Shown: positions 22,804 through 35,735 of the stretch, piece by piece | How positions within the stretch are numbered: the first letter of the stretch is position 1 | How the letters are laid out: every line of letters starts with the position of its first letter | Assembly (NCBI GenBank): GCA_905178155.1 | Contig: CAJINV010000005.1 | Coordinates: forward strand, 9,093,346 to 9,157,345 | Source of the DNA: Amoebophrya sp. A120 | Lineage: Eukaryota > Protista > Dinoflagellata | DNA length: 64,000 bases | Direction: 5' to 3' | Made by a program: the position numbers and the translations under genes | Notes under the pieces: generated by a model | What the model was told of the DNA's origin: nothing | The model's database searches: none | The model's input: only the letters and a program-made list of their open reading frames with translations

Positions 22804-24881
22804 ATGGCGACCTCCACCCCGACCGTGAACTGGGCCCAGCGCCCGGGATCAGTGTTCGTCACGATTGACGTGAAGGACTGCAAGGAGCCGAAGATCGACC
22901 TGCAGGAGAAGAAACTGTCCTTTTCCGGTGTTTATCCAGTGCAAAAGTGTCGTACTCGTAGTGACTGATTGCAGTTCTGCATTACAAATCTTTTTCCTAC
23001 GGTCAATGAGCAATACAAATTCCATTTCTCATGCTGATGAAATTTGTAATGCATAATTAATATTACGAGTCCGATGCTTTTGCAATGCATAGCGTTGACG
23101 GCGCAGGCAAGAGCTACGCATTCGACCTGGAACTCTTCAAGGAAATCGACGTCGCAGAAAGCAAGATAAATAGTACAGTTTTTTGCTGCCTTTTTTATTT
23201 TTGTCATGCGCACTTCCTATGAGTAAGCCATTTCGAAATTTGTCATGCTGACTGCGCAGAGAAATCAATTTTGTTATGCGAGTTGCACAATTTAAATGAA
23301 TTATCAACAACAGACCGACGCGTCATTGAGCTCCTCCTTGCCAAGAAGGAAGAGGAGTCCTGGACAAGTCTTTCTACCACGAAGAAGCTATGAAGAGCGC
23401 AAAAGTTTCGTAAACTCGTAGTACTGCATTACCAATTTTTTCACTAACGTAGATCCGCATTACAAGTAACAAATAACTCCATTTCTAATGCTGAGGAAAT
23501 TTGTAATGCAAGCTCTACTAGAAGTGCGACACTTTTGCAATGCATGAAAGCTCTCCTACGTGAAGATCGATTGGAACAAGTGGGTCGACTCTGACGATGA
23601 GGGTGAGGACTTTGACACGGCCGGCATGGAAGGCATGGGCGGCGGTATGGGTGGCGGTATGGGCGGCATGGGCGGCGGCATGCCGGGAATGCCAGGAATG
23701 GGCGGCATGGACTTCAGTACTATAATGATTTTTTTTTGATTAATTTAATTTGAGGAACAGCTTGTTTCTTGCAGGAGAACATGGATATAGTAGTATGTTT
23801 CGTTTTGCTTGTGATCTTCGACCATGATATCAGAGGACGCCACTACTGCTTTGTCTCGACATGTTCTTTCGGCATGCTAAATAAACTCAAGTTTGTCATG
23901 CAAAAACACTATCAGGTAAGATGATGGGTGGTATGGGCGGCGGCGGCATGCCGGGAATGGGCGGTGATGGCGGAATGGGCGGCATGGACATGGAAGCTCT
24001 CATATCGTGAGCAAAAACGTCCCCACCCGAGAGTCAAGATGAGGATCTCGCAACACAAGTCGAGAAGTTTTAGGAGCCAAGCATGACAGGTTCGTCTCTG
24101 TATTGTAGTGCAGTTTAGCATAAGTACAGCCGCAACACAAATCCATCTACTCAACCTATTTACAGCATTACAAAGTCCAAAACACGATGGGAAACGCCTC
24201 TTATGCGGACGCGCATTACAAATCTTCCTGTGGCTGCAAATCTGCATGACAGCTACGGGGTGGGGACGTTTTTACTCAGGATATCTCATGAAGCAGATGG
24301 GAGGCATGGGTGGCGGCGGTATGCCGGGTATGGGTGGCGATGACGACGTATCCATGGCAAATATGTCTGGGTCTGGAAACTTGTGATGCAAGTTCGTGAA
24401 CAATAAGTGCGCTGTAGTGCGCTGCCAAGCATGACAAATTTTTTCGTGCTTCTGTGATGCGTCTTTCGCATGAGAAATTGCGCTTTTGCACGACAGGGAA
24501 GAGGACATCTTGGTGGCCATGCAATACAGAGTGCAGAGTCTTGCCAGACTAGCATGACAAATCTCGCAATCTTCGAGACCCAGACATATTCGCATTTGAT
24601 ACGACGACGACAGCGATGACGAGGACTTGCCGGACCTGGATGCCCCGGTTGGTGGTGAGGACGGTGAGGGAGCGGAAGAGCCCACTGGTATAGTTTGTTG
24701 ATTTGTCATGCTAAAAATCTATCACTTGCTGGTGCAGACAAAAGACCTTTATTGTCCTTCGCTTATATGTTTTTCCGAATGACAAAGTGAAGAAATCCAA
24801 TTATTGCGCAAACTTCTCAAATCAGAGTCAAAGCCGGTCATTGAAGTCGACACGCCGGCGGGTGAGGCTGTTGGAGCGTAA
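22804..24881 (+). CDS. HSP90 co-chaperone p23 (CS domain, Sba1/PTGES3-like), multi-exon
   Basis: PTVNWAQRPGSVFVTIDV, YAFDLELFKEID, YVKIDWNKWVDSDDE, a GGM-rich tail and DDEDLPDL. Confidence 0.93.
22933..23091. mobile_element. Introner family D
   Basis: TSD gtgtt/gcgtt. Confidence 0.88.
23389..23546. mobile_element. Introner family D
   Basis: TSD gaagc/aaagc; ends ATG. Confidence 0.85.
24003..24283. mobile_element. Introner family B
   Basis: TSD tctca/tctca. Confidence 0.9.
24349..24601. mobile_element. Introner family C
   Basis: TSD cgacg/cgacg. Confidence 0.88.
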
Positions 24882-25994
24882 ATCGTGCAGTATAATGCAA
24901 ATCCTGCATGACAAACAGAAGCGCAGGAAGAACAATCGGCGACCCAGAAGAATCTTCGAAAATAATGCACAACATCTTCTGCATCTGCAGTAACATCTTT
25001 CGGGATAATTCATTGCTTGAAATGTAACGCTTGAAATGTAACGCATTCTTTCGGGATAATTCATTGACAAGTCAACGTACAAAAACCCATTAGTACAGCA
25101 AGACAACAGCAACCCTTATTTTATGTTTATGCTAAAAGTACAAAACCTCTGAACAAAACCTTTGAATTTAACTATGCTATCGAGCAATGATCACGCTGAT
25201 TTCTTTCTGATGTATCACGTAGTTATAGACGAGCTATGCTTTTCTGCATACAATGTCATCGACAAATTGCAAGAAATTTTCAAAAAACGCGAGAAGCTAT
25301 TGCTTGGGTTAGTCAAATGCAATATGCAAGAACACGAACGATAAAGGAGTTTTTGACAATCGAGTGGCAAAAGGAGCAGTGTAGCTTAGAAGGCTGCAAT
25401 TATGATAGTCTTTCCACAGGCAGCATCACCGACAGATGCTGTACACCCGCACGACAAACCAAGAATTGTTGCCCCGATTTTTTAGCAGCGTCTAACACGA
25501 CGCTGCGATCATTACGAGACTTGGCCACCTTGGCACGCTGCGAATCACAGTGTGGGGATTGCTAGAACGAGGATCCTGTAAGCCGATAAAGAGGCGAGCA
25601 AAGTGTTATTGTCTTCTACTTGTTCCTAGTCGACGTGGTTTTCTCTTCGTGTAAATCTAAAACCTGAATGCTGTTTCTTCCGGTTCGCCGTCGCTAGAGG
25701 ATTTTCTTGCTGGATCGGTGCATCGCAACCTTTATCACATTGACTCGGATGTTTCAGTTTCATCGGTATCACACTTCGGTCGGTGTCTGTTTCTGCATTT
25801 GTGTTATTCTTCAATTCCTATCTGCATTCTTAGGTCGCCGTGTAAAAATAGTCTTGATTCTCGGTTTTGTCGTGCCGTCTCAGTGAGATTTTTCTAACGT
25901 CTGAATGTAAGACTAAGACTCTTTCACATTTGCATAGTTTCGAACTCTTGATTTTCATTTTTGTCTTCGTCTACTTGTTCTTTCCAAGGTCAAA

Positions 25995-28900
25995 ATGGAG
26001 TTCTTCGTCATGAGAAAAATTCTTTGTGTTTCTTTGCTTATCGCCGCTGTCGGCCAACCGCGGACAGTAATTGCAGCAGCACCTCGCTTTGCATCAAGAT
26101 CCGGCGAGGAGGGTGGTTTTCTTCTCAACATTGTGCCGCAGACGTATTGGTATCAGGACAACGCCCACGTCAAAAATGACAATCATTCGCCCCTTCTACA
26201 TCCACTGAAACCTCCTGCTCCGCCCGACAGTTGCGACAAAAAGCAGGGTTTTGACATCGAGATCGTGAAAGCGCAGCATCCGCCAAGACAACAAACTTCC
26301 GATAAAGTACTTGAGAAAGAAATAGACTATTCCGCCCCAGACCCACCTTCCGTCGTCCAGGCCACCTGGCGAATCTTACCGCTGAAAGCGAAGGAGATCT
26401 GGTTTGCGACCAAGGAGGCTTTTGGGAATTTCCGCTTTTACCCGCACGCGCGGTCACGCTGGAGTTACGGGCGGGAGAAGGATTTTCAGATTTTCTCCGC
26501 AAATGGGACGAGTATTGTGGTTCAGCAGAACATCACGGTGAGGACGTTTCCGATACTAGAGGGTACAAGTAGTGGTGTAGCTGATAACAACAAAGAGACG
26601 GACCAGCAAGCTGGTAAAAAGAGAAAGCTTTTCCGCAGCTCCCGGCTCTTCGGAGAGGGAGCAGCTCGTGGTGCGGGTAAAAAACCAGTTTCAACATCCG
26701 AGCGACAGCATGATCTCTTTCCCTGGTCCAGACACGAGTTGGTGACGGTGAACATGACGTTTTCGCTGGTGAAGCCATCCGAAGACCCCACCGTTTCTTT
26801 GAAAACTTCGGTGGAGATTCCGGACCAAGTCGGACATTCTTTGAAACCGACAACTAGCTTCTCGAAACAGGGCACCACTGCGTTCGTCTTGAATGCTGCT
26901 GGCCGCGCGATCCAGTTCGAACTGGACTGGAAGATGCTGTTTCCTGGTTCTTCGAGCACGATCGTGAAGGGAAATCAGCATGACAAAGATGTAAGTTCCA
27001 GTTCCTGCGCGAACTGCATGACGAAGGTGAAGAACCCAGCAAAACTATCCCGCCCCCAACTTCACCGCCGAATCGTTGGCCTTGGCCCGCAGTACAGCTA
27101 CAGTGATTTAACAGACCAGGGTCCGATCCAGCTTTTTTCTCAGGAGCAAGGTGCCGGGCGCGGGAAGGAGCCGATCACTTTCTTCGCGAATTCGTTTTAC
27201 CCCTTTGCCGGGGGCGATGCGTTTGCGAGTTACAGCACCGTGCCGGTGTGGATGGATCTGGATACAGGTACACCTACTACCGGAGAAATAAATTCAACAA
27301 CAACTTCTCATGCAGTTCTAGTCACGGCGAAGGAGTATGCGATGGTGGATTTTAAAACAACGACCAGTGGGAAAACGAGCATAGGAGATTGGATTTGTGA
27401 TTCGAAATTGCATGACAACAAGAACAAATTCCAAGACAACACTACCACCAACGGTTTAACAGTCGGGACCAGCTTGTCTCTCGTGTTCATGAAGGATTGG
27501 GTGCTGAACGAAACTAGCAGTACCAAAGTCCATGAATTTGAAACGAGACTGGTCCTGCTACCCCCGATGGCAGCTTCAAACAGCAGCAACGCATCCGGAG
27601 TTGTACCTCCACCGCGAATCATGTATTCAGGCACTAGTACAACGCCAACAGAACAGCTGGTTTTGAAAATCAACGAACAGATCGCGGATTTGTACAAAAA
27701 GTCGTACACAACTGCAGAAGTAAGTGCGCCTACCATTCCGAAGACGCAGGAGAAACAGACACCGTCTAGCAGCACGGCGCAAGAACACAAATCCGCCAGG
27801 AGCAGCGCAACCACTACCTCTACGCTACGACCACTTTTCCAGCCCTACCAAATCCCTTCCTGGGTGTCCGAAAACGGGGCGATTTTAGGGTTGGAGGGCG
27901 GGATGGAGAAAGTGGAGAGACGATTGACTAAAGTTTACAACTCCACTATGCTGTGTAAAATCATCCCCACCCTTGAGTTGTATATGCAAATCTAAATCTG
28001 CATGCTTAAAATGTTTCTCATGCGGAGACCCATGAGAGGCGTTTTCTAGTGGCTATTTCAGATTTGTCATGCTCCAGTCAGCATGACAGACTGGATCTAT
28101 GACGCTGGTGAACTAGCTAAACTTGACTAAGTTGCAAGCTTAAATTTGTCATGCGCGACAGCCAAAGCTTAGAAATTTGTGTACCGCAGATTTCCAATCT
28201 TGACTATGGTGTGGGGACGTTTTTAGTCAGGATATCCACTCCGAAACCAAAAATCGCCGCAGTGTGGATCCAGGACTGGTCTGGGTTAGTAACTATCCTG
28301 AGTATAAACGTCCCCACCCCGGACTTGTCATTCAAATCTTCATGCCAAAAAAGTTTCTCATGCGGAGGTCCATGAGAAGCATTCTCAAGTCGTGTTTTGG
28401 AATTTGTGATGCTAGAATCAGCATTATATGAGAGACCTGTTACGCTGCTGAACTAGCTAAACAGAGTTACACTACAAACACAAACTTGTCATGCGGAACA
28501 GTCAAAGCTGGCTGGTTTGTCTAGCAGTTATTCGTGTTAGGCCATAGAAGGTTGCCACGTCGTTAGCGCAAGGTTTTGACTAGGTATGAAAACAAATAAC
28601 CATCATAACAAAAGGCACAACAAAGATACCAGCACCTCCCCGGTGAAGGGGAGGTGTTTGTATGTTCATTCCTTTGTCTTCATTCTAAACCCACAGGCCT
28701 TTTTTTTTTTTTTTCAGTTCAGTGGAGGGATGAAGTCTTTGTATGCGGTCCCAGTTAAGACGCGAATTTGCAGGAGCTGTTCACAGTCAGGGCAAAAATT
28801 ACGGACAAAAAAGCAGGGGGAGCATGGGTGTTCTATTTGTGTGCTGTGTGATAGGCTCAGGATCCTGAAGGTTTCGAATAAAAAGACTCTCTGAAGGCGG

Positions 28901-31900
28901 AGTACTAAGCACGTATGCAGGTAACAACATCCGGTATATGAATCGTTTGCATGATGTGAAAGTCTCCTGCTGCATTTTTGAAAGTGAGTGATATGTATGA
29001 GCACTGGTTGGGAACAGCAAATTTGTATGGCTAAGAAAAAATTCCAAAAGCGCAGTGGCGTCTGCGTCTTAGCAAAGGAGGGACTTGACTTCTATTGGCT
29101 TGGGACGAAGAGAAGGTCGCCAGCAAGGAAAGCAGGAAGGCAGAAAAAGGGAAAGAGGCGCCAGGTACGAATGGGTCTGCGACCTCCTTGCTATCGTGTT
29201 GCCGCACCATAGCGAGGTAAGTGTCAGACCCAGGGCCCTACCTGTTTATCGGAGCAGCAAACCAAGACTGAAGGGCTGGACGGGAAAGGTATTGACGTGT
29301 GAGTGCTCTGCGCCTGACACGTCACACATAGCAACAGAGATCAAACGGGCGACACGATTACACTTTTCGCCGATGTTGCTATCTGGAGGCAAATCGCAGT
29401 CGTATCACACCCCCGCGAGATAATAACACAGAATCGATCAGATAAGAAAAGGGCGAGACACGCAACTAGGGACGGTGCGCCTTTGTGCATCTATTTCTCA
29501 TCGAGTCCAGCAGAATGAGCCAAGGACACTGCCACCAATCCGACAGCGGCCGCCCCGGGGTGGTAAGTGTCGTCCAGACCGACGGCAACATATTCTGCTG
29601 GGTGTGGGGAGTAGATTCCCAAAGGAGGAGGGAAGTATGTCAAAATATGCATGAAGGGAGCCTGCCCTCCCTGGGGGAGTTGGGCGCGCGATCTTGAATT
29701 ACCTTCATTTGAATCAAAGTAAAGTTTTGCATGCGGAGGTAAGGCAAGTTCGTGCTGCAAATCAGTGGGAGGATTGGATAAGTTATTGCCTGAGGAAATT
29801 TTAGGCTGTCATGCATGATGTGCATTTCTATGTATGAAGTAGCCTTCACTTGGTGAAGCGTGCGTTGATTTGTATGGAATTTGTATAAGCATTTCCCCTT
29901 GCAATAATTTCTGGTAACATTCTAGCGGCAAGAATTGCACCAATCCAAACCTCCGCTGAGATGCAGAGTGACATACTCGAGGAAGGGCGCCTACCTCTTT
30001 GCGTGTTCGAACGATAAGAGTTCCTCTCCCTTTTCTTCTTTTTTTTTGCATGCGGGTAGCCGTGTATAGAGGCTGAGATCCCCTCGCGCAGGCAAAAAAA
30101 AAAAATTTCCCAGCTTGACTACGGGGTGGGCAGGTTTTTGCTCGGGATAGTAACCACCAGCTTCGCGAAGAGGGTGGTGTGGGACTGGAGATTGGATGAA
30201 AGTTACTATTATCAAATGTAAAAGTGTCTGGGTCTGGAAGAATGCGCGATTTGTCATGCAGCTTTTCCATGACCCATGAGGTCTGGAATGCAGGACCTAG
30301 CATGACAGATTCTGTGCGACCTTTCTCATGCCTATCCTGCATGAGAAACTGCCTCCCGACTTGGTCAAAACTGGACGACTTTTGGTAATCATGCAACACA
30401 GATTTTTGGATGCTGCAGATTTAGCATGACAAGTTGCATTCTTCCAGACCCAGACATTTTCACATTTGATAACTATTCCGGCTTTAAAGAATTTGTGGAG
30501 AAGTGGTGGAATTGCTGCAAAATCCGGGTGATGACGTATGTGAACCCGTATTTGTCTGCGACTTATTCAGATATGGAGCAGAAAACAGGAAGGCGAACAC
30601 CATCACAAGGTAAAAATACTATCGCGGAAACTACACTAGCAACCGGCCATCAACAGCGTCGAGTGGAAACGGAAAGTGAATCACGGACGTTGAAAAATAA
30701 CCATCTGCCAATGTTCCAAGAGGCGAAAATGTTGAATTATTTGGTGAAAGTTTTTAACACTTCTAGCTACGATCCAGCTGCGTCTGTTAGCAACCGATCC
30801 ATCGCAAACGAAACCGTGATATTACCCTCCGCAACTGACGACTTCCGGTTCGGATTGCTGGATTTAGCGAGGGAAGAGGTCCGAGCATGGTTTACGGAGA
30901 AGTTGCTGTGCAATGTCATGATGACAAACATCGTTCCGGGCACGGAGTGCTACTACAAAAATCAGAGGAAGAATCCAAACGGAAAAAACGAGTCGACCAG
31001 CACCGCCCCACAACTTGCCTTGGTCCATGGTTGGATGGCGGATTTCGGAGAGTATCTACCCTTCTCCTATTTCAAACACGACGACGGTCAAAACCAGGAC
31101 AACAGCACGAGTGAAAAAATTGTCTGGTCGATTGCAGATCACCACGATTATGCGGAGCAGTGGCAATTAGTGAACCGAATGGCGATCGAGAAGTATGAAA
31201 GTGCGAAATTGTTGTTGGGTAAGGAATTACCTCCGGTCGTTGATGTTGGAAAACAGCATGACAAACTACTTCCCGCTCGTCCAAATAAACTTTCCACAAC
31301 GTCGTCAACCAAAACTGACATTTTTCCCTTTTTCCGCTCCGCCTCCCTCTTCACCTCAGAAATTCTCAACTCCCACTGGATGGGCGACCAAATGACCACC
31401 TGGGACGCGTGCGACGGCTTCCATTCCGCAGTGATTGGCGCAAGTAACGCTGGGTTCAGCAACTGGCGCAACATCCACAGCGATCTCGGCGGGTACACCA
31501 TGACGGACGCGACCAGTTACAAGGTGCCCGGAACCGGTGACCGGATTATCATCGTCCCGCCGATCTACAGGTCGAACGAGCTACTGATCCGGTGGATGCA
31601 GTATTCCGCTTTCGCGGAGTCGGCTTTTCGGTCCTATGAAATGCAAAAGCATCGTACTAGTATAAATCGCATGACAAATTCCCTCAGCATGAAAAATGGA
31701 ATTTGTAATGCGGATTTAGGTTAAGATGGAGATTTGTAATGCATGAATGCGATTACTACGAGTGCGATACTTTTGCACAGGATAGGTCCCACCCGGGAAC
31801 AAAACCGAATACCAGCGCGCAAGTGTACGATGACACAATTTTGGATTCCGGGTATCCCGTGTAAAAACACCCCCACCCCAGAGTTGTCATGCATTTCTGC

Positions 31901-33141
31901 ATGCCAAAAAAGTTTCTCATGCGGAGCCCTAGGAGAAACATTTTTTACTCGTGTTCTGGGATTTGTGATGCTAGGATCAGAATGCTATGCGAGATCTGTG
32001 ATGCTTCTGAGCTAGCTAAACAGGATGACACTACGAGGACAAACTTGTCATGCCAAACAGCCAAAGCTGTGTGATTTGTCTGGCAGATTTCCCATCTTGA
32101 CTGTGGTGTGGGGACGTTTTTAATCAGGAGACTGGGTTGTTTCAGTTTTACTCAAACGTGTTTGCCGCCGGGGCGGAGTATAGGAGGGTGGTGAGTGAAG
32201 GGGGTGTTCAGCTTCTTCCCGTGGAACGAATAAATCAGGAGAACAGCTCACCTTCATCGCAGGACCACGTTAATAGCAGCACAAGAACTACAAACGCCTT
32301 ACCGCTTCTCCGACACGGAAGCTTGGTGGTGACTGGCGCGAATGGAAACGGGGATATTTGGTGGGAAAAGTTAGACGAAGAGAAGAATAGAACTGGGGAT
32401 CATGCGGAAGCCAGCAATACAAAAACAGCATCCAATGCAGTTCTAGCATCAGAAACAATGTCGACTACAGTAGACAAGGAAAAACCACCACCAGCATCCG
32501 AAGTTGCTGTAGAACCAGCCACATCAACAAGTACTTCCACCTTCCCCTGGCCGCCGTTCCCGTTTTTGCGAGACGACTGTATGAGCGGGAAAGGAACACT
32601 GGTCGGGGAAAACCAGTTTTTTGTGGGTCCAGAACTCTTGATCGCCCCGGTGTTCCAAGCCAGACAGTTCACGAAGAAGGTTTACTTGCCGTCAGGGATG
32701 AAAATATCGAAGAGGACGATGAGTAAAAATAAAAATGTCACCACGACGAGGACATCAACTATTCCCTGGAAGTGGCAGCAACTCTTCACAAACGACACCT
32801 TCACGGGGGAAGATGATTTTGTCACCGTGAAAGCACCACTGGAGTACATCCCGGTGTTTTACAGAATTGACGAAAACGCGAGATTCAAGGAAGTTTTGGA
32901 AGCTGCGTACGGGAACTTGACCATTGGAAATTTGACAGGGAGGCGAGGGAGAGGGGAATTGGAAAAAATAGCTGATTTACTGTTACGGCAGGACGATTTG
33001 AAAGCAAAAAGTTGGAATTTGAAGAGAAATGATTTACAGATCCCCGTTAGTAGAGGTGAAAGAACATCCATAGGCGGTGGTCTGCCTGGTAATAATGTTG
33101 ATTTTGACAAGAGAAAAACTGAAGAAGAAATTTTTGCGTAG
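25995..33141 (+). CDS. GH31 alpha-glycosidase, YihQ/sulfoquinovosidase-like, with predicted signal peptide; 6 exons
   Basis: After removing 5 introners: SQEQGAGR, WIQDWSGLVTTSFAKRVVWDW, YVNPYL, GWMADFGEYLP, WMGDQ, HSDLGGYT, RSNELLIRW, FRSHPG and QFFVGPELLIAPV. Confidence 0.85.
27947..28234. mobile_element. Introner family B
   Basis: TSD tccac/tccac. Confidence 0.9.
28294..30149. mobile_element. Introner family B with ~1.58-kb nested insertion
   Basis: TSD gtaac/gtaac; family-B body breaks at 28527 and resumes at ~30105. Confidence 0.88.
28528..30104 (+). mobile_element. Nested insertion ending in an A-run
   Basis: Unrelated sequence between ..ctagcag and atttccc.. of family B; A12 at 30094-30105; no long ORF. 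Confidence 0.55.
30210..30471. mobile_element. Introner family C
   Basis: TSD actat/actat. Confidence 0.9.
31635..31784. mobile_element. Introner family D
   Basis: TSD ggtcc/ggtcc. Confidence 0.9.
31853..32131. mobile_element. Introner family B
   Basis: TSD ccggg/ctggg; ends AGA. Confidence 0.85.
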
Positions 33142-34486
33142 AAATGGTAAATGAAGCAAATTTGTTTTGCGTTTTTCGTTTGCGCCAAACGACTCTGATA
33201 GTAGTTAGGCTATGCTTGCGGTTGATGTTCTGGTCTGGTGTTCTGATGTAGACGGATGCACTCGTCCTTACGATAGGCGAGTTGGCTGCCGGGGTGTGTT
33301 TGCAGTGGGGCGAGCGTGAGCGAACGTGACGAGGAAGAGAGACGAGTGCGGCTCTTTCGCGTTTTTGCAACAACCACTCAGCGCCGGGGCTTTCCATGTT
33401 GCTAGTTTCCGTCCGTGAGGCGACCACGGGGAGCCGGAAAGCCAGCGGCCTCCTGCGCCCAGTCTAGGCGCGCCCCACTGAAGGGAGGCCCGCGCGGCTG
33501 AGCGGGCGCGCTGCCCTGGGGGGCAGTAGCGAGCCGCATGCGCGAGCGCCGGGCACGTTCCGGAAGTTAGACAGCCAGGCGAAACGCGCCCCGCATATTC
33601 TTCGCCTGGGGCCTACCACGAAGAAGAACGAGAGCGGCGCTGCATGGCATAAGATCAGGGGCCTCGAATTTCCGCCGGGGCCTTGCCAGGTCCCAGCAGC
33701 CGCGGTGACAACGATGGGGACACCGACGCGCCGGCGGGGCCCGCTGCGCTGCTTCGGCCACCTTCTGGGCCCCCGGGATGCGCCCCGGCGAGCCGGCGAC
33801 CTGGTGGAACAAGAACCCCGGCGATTCTCCCGAAGTTGGACGGACCCCGCGGCGGCGTGGCGCTTTCTGTGCTTGCCGCCACCGCGCGCGCCGAATTGCT
33901 GCGCAACAGCGGCGCCCGCCCGCCGAATTGCTGCGCAACAGCGGCGCCCGCCCGCCAAATTGCTGGGCGGCGCGGGCTCTGCGTGCAATGCCTGGCACCC
34001 GACAGGCACGCCGCCGCGGCTGCAGTGATTCTCCGCGCTGCCCCTAGGCGCGCGAACCCCCGCCGGGCACTGTGCGCCGGCCCCGTGTCCTGTACACCTC
34101 GCGCCCGCTCGCAGCGCCGGCGCGCTTTCCTTGGGGCGCGGCCCGGCGGCTCGGGTCGCTGGGCTCCGGCGAGCAGCGTGGCGCGGCCAATGTGCGAATG
34201 CTGCCTGCCCGTTCGAGTGTTTTTGCCTATTCTGGCTGACTGGCGTTCAACATCCAAACACTTCCGCCCTGAATGTTCAACAGACGAGGCGCATGGCCTA
34301 CAGCGCTCGCTTCCGTTGCGGCTAGCGAAGTAATAGTTCTCAAGGTCCGGCGGCTGTTCGCTTGGTTTGCGTTGAAGAGAGCAGCGAGAGCGACTTCTAA
34401 TCATATTGAGGAACACATGATGAATACAAAGTGCGAGTAGATAGTAGCTCACAGCGAAGAGCACCCGAAAGATTATTTGACGAATA

Positions 34487-35735
34487 ATGGAGCCGTCCGC
34501 GAACAAATCTCCCTGCGAGGATCTTCTCCTCTTCAAGCAGGGCTTGGATTTCCGGTTAACCGAGTTCCTCGAGCAACAACGCCGCATCCTCCAGACGCAC
34601 GACCTGCTGATATCAAATGCAAAAGTGTCTGGGTCTGGAAGAGTGCATGTTTGTCATGCTTGTCTGGCATGATTCTTAACTCTGTCATGCCCGTTACCCA
34701 AGAGGCCCACTTTTCTGTCATGCAGAAACGCCTTCTGTCATGCAGAGTAGGCAACACCTAGAAGCTCAGAAACTTGTCATGCTGAGCCAGCACTTGCGGC
34801 CTTCTCATGATACGACACCCAGCATCACAAGTTTCCAGACCCAGACATTTTTGCAATCGATAGCTGACGCAGAAATGCGACGAATTGGAGTCCAAGCGGC
34901 TCATCGCACAGTCCGCAAATTCGGAAGCGAGTGCGAACGCCGGGTCGCTTACCAGTCAGGCCAGCAAGTCCAATCCGGTGAGGCAACTGTTGAAGAACCA
35001 GACGAAGGAATTGAAAGAGGTGTCGCAAACCTTGATCAAGGAACGGCAGGACAAGCAGGTGTTGCAAGACGAAATTAAGAGATTGCGAAACTGGTTTTCC
35101 ACCCTCCCGCTGCGCGACGGCCGGGACACGGGAGGGTTCGCGGATCCGTTCTCGGTAAACGATCTATCCTGAGTAAAAACGTACCCACCCCAGAGTTGTA
35201 ATGCAGATTTGCAATGACAAAGACATTTGTGATGCGCATCCCCATGAGAGCCATTTCTAATCGTGTTTTGGAATTTGTGATGCTGTGAACAGGATCAGCA
35301 GGTCGATTTGTGATGCGGCTCTCCTTGCTAACTTGCACTACCTTACGGACTGAAACTTGTCATGCGTGACTCCCAAAACTCCGAGGTTTGTGTTGCAAAG
35401 TCCCCATCTTGACTCTGGTATGGGTACGTTTTTACTCAGGATACGATCCAGCGATGCTTCACCAGCGGGGCAGGAGCGGCAGCAACGGTCGGAGGAAAGG
35501 AAGAGGAGGAAATCAGAGTAGGTCTTCGTCTGCTTCCAAGAAGCGGGGAGTGAACGATCGCAGGATGATGTCCTCTCCAGGAAGAGGAAGACCCGGAGAG
35601 CGTGGTTCTGGGAACAGAAATGTGAGTTTTGATGACCAGGTGGAAAATGTGAAAGATGAAAACCTTTTACCTGCGTTTCTGCGCTCACCATCGCAGGTGC
35701 CACTACCGAAGACACCGATGGATGAGAATTTGTAA
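34487..35735 (+). CDS. Hypothetical coiled-coil protein, 3 exons
   Basis: Frame is continuous after removing introners 34611-34862 and 35165-35443. Heptad-like segment LKNQTKELKEVSQTLIKERQDKQVLQDEIKRL. Confidence 0.65.
34611..34862. mobile_element. Introner family C
   Basis: TSD gctga/gctga. Confidence 0.9.
35165..35443. mobile_element. Introner family B
   Basis: TSD cgatc/cgatc; opposite orientation to 16963-17241. Confidence 0.9.

Noticed and set aside
24995-25066. Local duplications (tctttcgggataattcattg x2, gcttgaaatgtaacgc x2)
   Set aside because: Small slippage-type duplications downstream of p23 with no further structure.
28528-30104. Possible autonomous transposase or reverse transcriptase in the nested insert
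   Set aside because: No ORF above ~112 aa within it and no DDE or RT motifs recognised; no transposase seen anywhere in the window.
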